Positions 56,724-64,000 of a DNA stretch of 64,000 nucleotides are shown piece after piece (within the stretch, counting starts at the first letter, position 1; every line of letters begins with the position of its first letter). A model generated the notes under the pieces. The model had not been told where the DNA came from, searched no databases, and saw only the letters and a list, made by a program, of their open reading frames with translations. The position numbers were made by a program, and so were the translations under genes. The stretch comes from Bacillota bacterium (lineage in GTDB: Bacteria; Bacillota; Sulfobacillia; DUSP01; JBFMCS01). Location of the stretch: assembly GCA_040754315.1 (NCBI GenBank), contig JBFMCS010000013.1, positions 5,638 to 69,637 on the forward strand. Direction: 5' to 3'.

Positions 56724-57194
56724 TCAGGCCACCCTGGATGCGTTGAGGAGCGGCTTAGTGATATCTACCAGGAAACGTCCCCTTCGGGGCCATGACACCG
56801 TCACATCAGGCCTGGCCAGCGGGAAATGGGCCAGTGTCTCCCCTTGGTCATCCACAACCCTCAGTCCAAGGCAATGAACGAGCATGCCCATGTCAAGCAA
56901 GGTTGAATTCCGCACTTCCATGTCGACGGCGATGCGTGTCCCCTCGCCCATCTCCACGGCTAAGGCTGGAGGCACCTGAGCGGGCCCCATGCCGAGGGGT
57001 TGGTCCTGCATCTCCAGCCTGTTCCGGCGTCCCGTCGCCGCCAATCGTTTTCCCCTCAATACCGTGGTGGTGAAGGCGAACTCATCTTCACCCAGGGATG
57101 TTTGGATACTATTGCCGTCCACCATGAGCCTCATGTTGATGAAGTCCCCTCGGGCAACCGTCACAGCGACCTCCGGCACCAGTTCGATTCCCAT
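56724..57194 (-). CDS. Hypothetical protein (beta-rich)
   Basis: 156-aa ORF with GGGGAGGTG RBS upstream; no recognised motif. Confidence 0.6.
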   Translation of the reverse strand: MGIELVPEVAVTVARGDFINMRLMVDGNSIQTSLGEDEFAFTTTVLRGKRLAATGRRNRLEMQDQPLGMGPAQVPPALAVEMGEGTRIAVDMEVRNSTLLDMGMLVHCLGLRVVDDQGETLAHFPLARPDVTVSWPRRGRFLVDITKPLLNASRVA

Positions 57195-57528
57195 CTTCAC
57201 ACTGTTCACCTCCCCTGGATTGCACTCCATACTATTCCCGGGGAAGAGTCAAGGTGAAGCCTATCGACCCCAAAGCGGGGTGCGAATGGATATCCTGACG
57301 AGGCCGAGCTTGGGACTAAAGGCAGCCCTACCCGTAGGCAGGTATACGGGATCGGACGGGAAGCGGTAGACTTGGCTCGGAGGTAACGGGGAGCTGGAAC
57401 CCGGTGTTACCGGGGATTCCGGGGGAACCTGTGCCTGCTGAGACCCATAATGGCCTTTCTTAAGCCTGCCACATAAGAGCTGGTGCTTTCTGCCATTCGG
57501 CCAGGCTCTTAGAGCCTCAACGACAACG

Positions 57529-57720
57529 ATGACTATCAAGGATGCCCAGTCCTTCCGCCATCTGAGCCTCAGAAATCCTAAGGGGAGGAGCGATCCGGAA
57601 ATGCTGCTATGAGGGCCACGCTTGCCCACTATGAGCCCGTGGCGCCGCGCCTCCTCCAGCACCATCATGGCCTCGCTGCTGGCCGGTTCCTTGGCCTTGA
57701 CTGTTCCCTGGTCTATTCTT
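57529..57720 (-). pseudogene. Class III aminotransferase C-terminal remnant
   Basis: KAKEPASSEAMMVLEEARRHGLIVGKRG...LLPL, then +1 frame ISEAQMAEGLGILDS; resembles the KTKEPA..VLEEARKRGLLIGKGG...PPLVITEEQIDEGLDIL pattern. Confidence 0.6.
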
Positions 57721-57762
57721 AACGTCCATGACCGGCCCGGCTGTAATCTAACCTGTGCTGAC

Positions 57763-58200
57763 CTATCTTTGTGGCCGGCTTTTTGAGGCCATGGAACTCT
57801 GGGCGTCTGCCAGGTCCTGGATGGTCCTTCCTTCAAGGACCTCCACCATTCGCTCCTGAGCCTCGGCCCAGATGCCCTGGAGCGGGCAGGATCCCTGTTT
57901 CCGGCACTCCCCACGCTGCACCAGGCACTTGGTTATCCCGAGGGGCCCCTCCACTAGCTCGATAACCTCCCTGAGGCTGATGGTGGACGGGTCACGTATT
58001 AGCCGCACGCCGCCCAGGGGTCCCCTGGCACCCTCCAGGATGCCCCCCTTGCTCATGAGTGCCAGGATCTGCGCTATGAGTTTGGGCGGTATGCCTTGCC
58101 TGGTGGCGATGTCCCTGGAGGACTCGAAGCCCTCCGGCTTCCTGGAGGCCAGGTCCGCCAGGGCGGCTATGGCGTATTCCGCCTTCTTGGTTATAGCCAA
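57763..58200 (-). CDS. Rrf2 family Fe-S transcriptional regulator
   Basis: TKKAEYAIAAL, IATRQGIPPKL, RGPLGG..L, C-x6-C-x5-C cluster ligands, LEGRTIQDL. Confidence 0.93.
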   Translation of the reverse strand: MAITKKAEYAIAALADLASRKPEGFESSRDIATRQGIPPKLIAQILALMSKGGILEGARGPLGGVRLIRDPSTISLREVIELVEGPLGITKCLVQRGECRKQGSCPLQGIWAEAQERMVEVLEGRTIQDLADAQSSMASKSRPQR

Positions 58201-58216
58201 GGGATAACCCCCTTAT

Positions 58217-58264
58217 TAGTTACCAAGTTAGTTATAGTATAAACTGCCTGAGCCTTCCTGTCAA
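58217..58264 (-). promoter_or_regulatory. sigmaA promoter of rrf2 with candidate autoregulatory operator
   Basis: Minus strand TTGACA-N17-TATACT (58264-58236); 20-mer TATAACTAACTTGGTAACTA at 58236-58217. Confidence 0.82.
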
Positions 58265-58646
58265 TCGTGTGTGATACGTAACCCAGCGGTTCCGCAATGG
58301 TCTTTCTGGGGGGCCCAACCAGGTCTCCTCCAGAGCCAATTGGGCATAGCGGTAGCATGCTCGTTTCTATGGTATTGCCTCTAGTCCTGAGCATGGCCAT
58401 AATAAAAGCCCCATTAAGCCTGGGGACAGGGATAAGTGGCGGCTCTTGTCTGGGTCACTCAGTGGCTGAATAGGGATGGCCTGCCAGCTCTGTTGGGTGG
58501 GTAGCGCAGCCGGTTCGCTCAAACCAGGACAAGCCCTTGGCCCCACCCATCCGGGCGATGCTTGGTGTCACCAAAGCGACCTACAACCTTCAGGGTTGAG
58601 GGAGGGTAACCTGGATGGATCCATCCCCCTCTTACCAACCCATTTC

Positions 58647-59408
58647 TCAGGACACCTTCATCTCCATCCTGATCTTGTCCGCCAGCATGGCTATGAACTC
58701 TGAATTCGTTGGCTTTCCCTTGTCCTTGTTGACCGTGTGCCCGAATATGCCATTTATCACATCGATGTTCCCGCGGTTCCAGGCCACCTCTATGGCGTGA
58801 CGTATGGCCCTCTCCACGCGGCTGGGTGTTGTATGGTGTGCCTGAGCAACAGCCGGGTAGAGTTCCTTGGTGATGCCTCCCAGGAGTTCCATGCGCTGCG
58901 CCACAAGCAAGATGGCGTCTCTGAGGTAGAAGTAGCCCTTGATATGGGCTGGGATGCCAACCTCGTGGATTATGCTAGTGACCTCCTGGTCCAGGCTCTT
59001 GGTGCGGTTCCCCGCTATCCTGGGCCGGGGCTTGCTGTCGGCCAGCTGCCTGATACGATTGCTGAGCACGCCTAGGTCGAAGGGTTTCAGCACGAAGTAG
59101 TCCGCACCCAGCCGGGCCGCCTCTCGCGTAACCTTCTCCTGGCCGAAGGCGGTCAAAACGATCACCCTTGGCCTTGGTTCAATACCAGAGGCTTCCATCT
59201 CCTCAAGTACGCCTATTCCATCAAGCTGCGGCATTATCACATCCAGAACGAGCACATCAGGATGAGTCTTGTGGAGGAGTTCGACCGTTTCCGGGCCGTT
59301 GTGAGCCACACCCACCAGTTCCATATCCTCTTGAGTCTCCCAGTGCTCCAGTAATACGCCACAGAACTCATAGTTGTCGTCAGCAAGGAGAACCCTGATG
59401 GCAGACAT
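58647..59408 (-). CDS. spo0A: Sporulation master regulator Spo0A
   Basis: Receiver domain (LADDN, VLDVIMP), [46 protein letters not shown]. Confidence 0.98.
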   Translation of the reverse strand: MSAIRVLLADDNYEFCGVLLEHWETQEDMELVGVAHNGPETVELLHKTHPDVLVLDVIMPQLDGIGVLEEMEASGIEPRPRVIVLTAFGQEKVTREAARLGADYFVLKPFDLGVLSNRIRQLADSKPRPRIAGNRTKSLDQEVTSIIHEVGIPAHIKGYFYLRDAILLVAQRMELLGGITKELYPAVAQAHHTTPSRVERAIRHAIEVAWNRGNIDVINGIFGHTVNKDKGKPTNSEFIAMLADKIRMEMKVS

Positions 59409-59458
59409 TACGTAGCCTCCCTTGACAAGATGAATACCTCGCTGAAGTGTAGTGTCCA

Positions 59459-59483
59459 CTTCGACGTTCCCTGGGGGATTCCT
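59459..59483 (-). promoter_or_regulatory. sigmaH (Ps-like) promoter of spo0A
   Basis: Minus strand AGGA-N17-GAAG, with cGTCGAA (0A-box-like) overlapping the -10. Confidence 0.6.
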
Positions 59484-59562
59484 TCACCCAGAGTGGAATA
59501 ATATGGATCTGTATGGCGTGATTTCACAAGCCATCCAGCAGCGTCTGGCCATTCTATCCTGC

Positions 59563-60705
59563 CTAGTGCAGGGCTTTGGAATATACCCTGTAGGTCTTGT
59601 AGTGGATACCCCCCACCCTCTCTATATCCCTTCTCATCGTGAGGTTGGTGTCGGCCACAGTTGAACCGTCACCCCACGTGTAGCCCAGCCGGGTGGCGGC
59701 TTCCAGGGTATGGTGGTAGAGGGCATGGGAGACACCCTTCTTGTGAAACTCGGGGACAATGAACAATATGAAGATGCGCAGGGCGTCGATACGTCGCCTG
59801 AAGATCAGGAACTTGAGCCAGCCCAGGGGGAACAGGCGACCATTCATATGGGCCAGTACCTGGTTATAGTCGGGCAGCGCCACGGACACACCTATGGGCC
59901 TTAGTCCACGCCGGGCAATCCTGATGAGTTCAGACTCCGCAAGTCCCTTGAGGCGGGTTCCCATGGCCTGGAGCTCTTCCAGGGTTGGGGGGATAAGGTC
60001 TGGCCAGTCCTGGGGCATAGATTCATCGAATACCTGCTTTATGTCTCTTATGTCCCGGTCCATGTTGCGCATGTCCAGGGGATCAACCCTAAAACCGTAC
60101 CTGCGCATAGCGTATTCCACTGCCTTGCCCCGTTGCCTGGCATTGGAGAGCCGGTTCCAGTAGCCCAGGTAGTCCAGTTCCTTGGCAAAACCGTACCGCT
60201 CAAAGAAGCTGGGGTAGTAGGAGGGGTTATACGACTGGAAAAGAAAGGGCACGTGCTGGAAACCCTCAACTAGAACCCCGCGGTACTCGTCCCCGTTGGT
60301 GGGGGAAACCGGCCCCTTCACCAGGCTGGCTCCACGGGCAGCCACGAACTCCAGGGCAGCGTTAAACAGGGCCCGGGCTACAGCATACTGGTTTACGCAT
60401 TCAAACAGGCAAAAATAACCCTCACGTGTTCCCTTGGCCTCGTTCATCTTTGTATTGATCCCTGCACAAACCCTGCCCACGGGCACTCCATCCTGAAAGG
60501 CCAGAAACAGGCTGTAAGGTCCTGAGGCAAGAAGGGGGTTTTCTGACGTCGTGAGCATGCTTGAGCAATCCCGGAGAAGGGGTGGCACCCAGCGGGAATC
60601 CCCCCTGTAGATACTCCAAGGCAGCCTGATGAACTGCTTTCGTCTCCGCAGGTTATCTACGGGAACTACCTCGATCCCTGGTACACTGAGTACTGCCTCC
60701 CCCAC
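59563..60705 (-). CDS. Tandem GNAT-fold acyltransferase (YghO/bacterial ceramide synthase-like family)
   Basis: FIRLPWSIY...WVPPL, FLA..DG.PVGRV.A, GYFCLFEC, GPVSPT, YNPSYY, VPEFHKKGVS, N..MRR.IE..GG...KTYRVY. Confidence 0.8.
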   Translation of the reverse strand: MGEAVLSVPGIEVVPVDNLRRRKQFIRLPWSIYRGDSRWVPPLLRDCSSMLTTSENPLLASGPYSLFLAFQDGVPVGRVCAGINTKMNEAKGTREGYFCLFECVNQYAVARALFNAALEFVAARGASLVKGPVSPTNGDEYRGVLVEGFQHVPFLFQSYNPSYYPSFFERYGFAKELDYLGYWNRLSNARQRGKAVEYAMRRYGFRVDPLDMRNMDRDIRDIKQVFDESMPQDWPDLIPPTLEELQAMGTRLKGLAESELIRIARRGLRPIGVSVALPDYNQVLAHMNGRLFPLGWLKFLIFRRRIDALRIFILFIVPEFHKKGVSHALYHHTLEAATRLGYTWGDGSTVADTNLTMRRDIERVGGIHYKTYRVYSKALH

Positions 60706-61575
60706 AGTAACCTACTCCTCCTCCCGGGATTCCCTTGGTCAAGTCTATCGTGTCTTGGCAGGTTCGCTGCGGGAGGTTTCATGTCCTGCTTAGGGCGGTC
60801 GCTATCGTCATCGTCCCGAGAAACCCTCCGGGAAAGCGCCGCACGGAAGACCTTATGGACGGAGTTAATCCTCTAGTACCTCCGTTACAGCAAACTGTTC
60901 TGGTACAACCTTAGCCATGCAGGTGAATCTGGTCCTGGGATGCCATTGGGATAACCCGAGCCGTTCCCTCTTATAGTGGATACCATGGAGTCATTGAGAT
61001 TATTCTTGCCCTCTCTTCACGGTGCCCATTGACTATGAAGGGCCTTCCGGTGTCATGGAGAATTGCCTCCCATCCCCAGTTCCCTTTAATTTCTGGCATT
61101 CGGGTCATATCGCCTCTGTCATAAGGAGGGCTAGTACATACTAACGCTACGTGTACAATGTAGTCGTTCAGGGATCTGAGGGAAGGTTGAGGTTGTTTAC
61201 CAGGTCCACGATGATTGCGTCCACCACCCTGGCCGGCCCGGACATCCAAGATACACTCTAGGAGGTCCTAGACCACTCCCGCTATGCTATGGAAGGCTCT
61301 GTTCGCGGATGATGTGCTTTTTGCGACCTGACACACAGCTTGTTCTTGACGTCAATTATCTGGTAACCCCGCTGTGTGAGCCGGCGCACGTACCCGGGAG
61401 TAGGCACCGTTCCCTCACGAAGTAGTATCCTTTCCCAGAAAATCCCCTATTGGCCCTGCCGATCACCTGAGCTACACGGCCCTCAAGGTTAGAGTCCGCT
61501 CCTTCTCTGGTGTAAAAAGGCATAGAGTAAAGAGCGGGTTTAGACCGGTTTGCGGGGATTAAGGATCTTCAGGGC

Positions 61576-62952
61576 TCAAAAATTGACTGGCATAAGATTA
61601 AAGGGTAGAGACGCCCATGGCGCCTCTACCCTGTTTGCACTCACGAACTTGCCCAGTCCTGCCTCGTTTATCATCCATTCAGCGAACACACCATAACCTC
61701 TTTCGGGGTCATTCACAAGGACATGGGTAATGGCACCGACCACCTTGCCATCCTGGATGATGGGACTTCCACTCATGCCCTGCACGATGCCCCCCGTAGC
61801 CTGAAGCAATCTGGGGTCTTTTACGCGGAGGAGAATGCCCTTGCCTTCGGGCCTGCTCTGCGGCTGTACTTTAACGATCTCGACCAGGAAGGTCTCAAGG
61901 CTGTTCCCCTCCACCACGGTGATGATCTCAGCAGATCCGGGCTTCACTTGGTGGGCCAGGGCCACCGGTATCGCCTCCTGGTAGAAGGGACTCCCAGGCA
62001 GGTAGGCTAGGGTACCGTAGATTCCAAAGGTGGTGTTCCTATCGATGTGGCCCAGCACCTCCGCATGAGTCAGGAAGACCCCGATCTTCTCCCCGGGCTG
62101 ACCCCTCCTTCCTGGCTCTACTGAGGACACAGAGGCTATAACTATGTGCCCATCCTGCACCTCAATGGGACGCCGAGTATCACCATCGGTTATGACGTGC
62201 CCAAGGGCCATGTACTCGCGGGACTCCGGGTGATAGAAGGAGAGCGTGCCCACTCCAGCCGTGCCATCCCTTACCCACATCCCCAAGAGGTAACGGTGGG
62301 TTTCCTCACAGAGCGCGGGTGTCACCTGAACGTCAAACTCCTTGTGGCCCCTCTTAACGGTAAGAGTGACGAGTCTATTGGCAAGCCCGGCCCGTTCTAC
62401 GAGACCACCCAGCTGGAAGTCGCTAACCACCCTCACGCCATCCACAGCTACCACCGAATCACCCATAGCTATACCAGCCTCTCTTGCCGGGCACCTGTAG
62501 CGGCCATTCCCCACGTTGATATCCGCCAGGCGCACTATCATCAGCCCGTCTGACTTGAGAACAACACCGATGGAGTGACCTCCAGGAACCACCTCCACCT
62601 GGGGCATGACCGTAACCTGCACGCGCCGGAGTGGAACTACCCCAAAGAGCCGGAACTCCAGATCTACCTGGCCCTGGCTCACAGGCTGCATCTGTAGCAG
62701 CGCCCCTCGCACAATGCTCCAGGCACCCTTCCGGCTGATCTCCCCTCTGAACTGGATGACGCCGTCCCGGTCTGTCCTCACATAGAGGCTCATAGGGAGC
62801 CCCAGGTCCATCTCGCAGTCTTCACCCTCCAGGACTCTCATCTCCCGGGGTATCTGGGAGAATGTCCTGAACTGGGGGGTCAACGACAACGCCAGGATCA
62901 GCCCAGCCCCGAGGATACCGAAAAGGCGTCGTCTTTTGGTTTCCACATCCAT
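61576..62952 (-). CDS. spoIVB: SpoIVB peptidase (S55)
   Basis: PGGHSIGV, PDZ domain, WVRDGTAGVGTLSFY, ALGHVITD, GGIVQGMSGSPIIQDGK..GAITHV; ATG at 62952. Confidence 0.97.
   Translation of the reverse strand: MDVETKRRRLFGILGAGLILALSLTPQFRTFSQIPREMRVLEGEDCEMDLGLPMSLYVRTDRDGVIQFRGEISRKGAWSIVRGALLQMQPVSQGQVDLEFRLFGVVPLRRVQVTVMPQVEVVPGGHSIGVVLKSDGLMIVRLADINVGNGRYRCPAREAGIAMGDSVVAVDGVRVVSDFQLGGLVERAGLANRLVTLTVKRGHKEFDVQVTPALCEETHRYLLGMWVRDGTAGVGTLSFYHPESREYMALGHVITDGDTRRPIEVQDGHIVIASVSSVEPGRRGQPGEKIGVFLTHAEVLGHIDRNTTFGIYGTLAYLPGSPFYQEAIPVALAHQVKPGSAEIITVVEGNSLETFLVEIVKVQPQSRPEGKGILLRVKDPRLLQATGGIVQGMSGSPIIQDGKVVGAITHVLVNDPERGYGVFAEWMINEAGLGKFVSANRVEAPWASLPFNLMPVNF
61597..61632 (-). terminator. Terminator-like hairpin at the spoIVB 3' end
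   Basis: Minus strand AGGGTAGAG-gcgccatgggcgt-CTCTACCCT followed by TTAATCTT. Confidence 0.6.
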
Positions 62953-63169
62953 CTTGTCCTTGCCTCCAGTTGGCCTCTCCTTCCACAACTCACCTCCGGT
63001 TTTCCGTTGCCACGACAAGACGGTTACAAAAGTTAAGTTGCCCCGAAAGGCGGGGCGTATGCCTGGATATTCACATAACTTCCCGGGATAGTATGGGGAT
63101 TTCGGGCAAAAAAAGTAAAAGGACCTAGTCCTTTGTTCGCTGAGCACACTTTACATAACTCGCAGGGCT

Positions 63170-64000
63170 TCAGCCGGCTGTGGCGGACTTCAGCATTTCC
63201 CCGGCGTGTTTCAGGGTGGTCTCGGAAACCTCACCCCCAAGCATCCTGGCTATTTCCTCCAGCCTGGCTCCCTCGTCCAGGAGGGCAACCCTGGCAACGG
63301 TTCTTCCCTTTCCCTCAACCTTCCTTACTGAGAAGTGACGCTCCGCCCAGCTGGCGATGGCCGCCAGGTGGGTCACACATACTACCTGCCGTCGTGATCC
63401 CAGTGCCCCGAGCTTCCTACCCAGCACGCTAGCGGCCCTTCCTCCGATGCCCGAGTCGATCTCGTCGAAGATCAGGGTGGGAATCCCGTCCGCCTCGGCA
63501 AGCGCTGCCTTCATTGCCAGCATTATCCTGGATAGTTCACCGCCTGAGGCTACCCTGTGAAGGGGCCTTGGGGGCTCCCCAGGATTTGCAGAGAGGACAA
63601 ACTCCACCTGGTCGACACCGCCGGGCCCGGGGCTGTCAAGCTGGGTGAATGCCACGGCCAGCTGGACTTTGGCCATGCCAAGTTCTAGTAGTTCTGCCTT
63701 CACACGCCTCTCCAGCTCCAGTGCCGCCTGGTGGCGCAGCCCGGAAAGCCGCAGGGCCTCCTCTGAAAGAAGGTCTTCTGCATCCTTCAACCTGCCCTGG
63801 AGCAAGCGCGCCCTCTCGTCACTACCCAGGAGGCGTTCTATGTCCCTGGATGCCGTCTCCTTGAAGTCCAGAACCTCCTCAACGGTCCCCCCATACTTCC
63901 TCTTCAGCCTGGCGATGACCTCCAGTCTCTCCTCCACCTCGGAAATGGCACCCGGGTCATACTCGATCCTGTCCAGGTAGCTCCTAAGACCCCTGGCCAT
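63170..64000 (-). CDS. recN: DNA repair protein RecN, C-terminal part; 5' end outside window
   Basis: SANPGEP.RPL.RVASGGELSRIMLA, LIFDEIDSGIGG, QVVCVTHL, EEIARMLGG. Confidence 0.96.
   Translation of the reverse strand: MARGLRSYLDRIEYDPGAISEVEERLEVIARLKRKYGGTVEEVLDFKETASRDIERLLGSDERARLLQGRLKDAEDLLSEEALRLSGLRHQAALELERRVKAELLELGMAKVQLAVAFTQLDSPGPGGVDQVEFVLSANPGEPPRPLHRVASGGELSRIMLAMKAALAEADGIPTLIFDEIDSGIGGRAASVLGRKLGALGSRRQVVCVTHLAAIASWAERHFSVRKVEGKGRTVARVALLDEGARLEEIARMLGGEVSETTLKHAGEMLKSATAG

Noticed and set aside
61375-61400. gagccggcgcacgtacc as group II intron domain V
   Set aside because: Contains pieces of both arms but cannot form the DV helix; no DVI or RT.
115-63980. Numerous long antisense or alternate-frame ORFs in the track (e.g. 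16705..17844, 21761..22534, 35111..36184, 42545..43681, 48173..49147)
   Set aside because: They overlap well-supported genes and have Pro/Arg/Gly-rich composition typical of shadow ORFs in GC-rich DNA.
1-64000. CRISPR array, tRNA, rRNA, tmRNA, RNase P
   Set aside because: No regularly spaced direct repeats and no recognisable conserved RNA signatures were found by eye on either strand.

Overview
64 kb of core chromosome from a GC-rich endospore-forming Bacillota genome. It is the recN-spoIVB-spo0A ... nudF-spoIIM-xerD-deoB-pdp-dacF-spoIIAA/AB-sigF-spoVA-trpS-scpAB ... ytfJ-spmAB sporulation region, mostly on the minus strand. Accessory insertions interrupt it at many points: two orphan DNA methyltransferases, a Ku/LigD NHEJ operon, pckA, a prenyl synthase + YtpB terpene pair, a stand-alone fliM-fliN pair next to IS21/IS1595 remnants, an ADP-forming acyl-CoA synthetase inside dacF-spoIIA, a C45 hydrolase, a 2-oxoacid:ferredoxin oxidoreductase operon, a steA-steB-GT2-GT4 envelope module and an amidohydrolase/Nif3-like/Gate-transporter module. 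Four signals are not explained by the ORF track. (1) A 20-bp operator (17/20 identical) sits at the same position in two sigmaA promoters, defining a candidate Rrf2 regulon. (2) A ~145-nt three-hairpin element is present twice, 48 kb apart, at ~80% identity with its structure preserved. (3) A group IIC intron 5' fragment sits directly behind the xerD terminator. (4) Several sigmaH/E/F/G/D-like promoters place unknown genes in the sporulation programme. No CRISPR array, tRNA or rRNA was seen. All family assignments come from motif recognition by eye; no database search was run.
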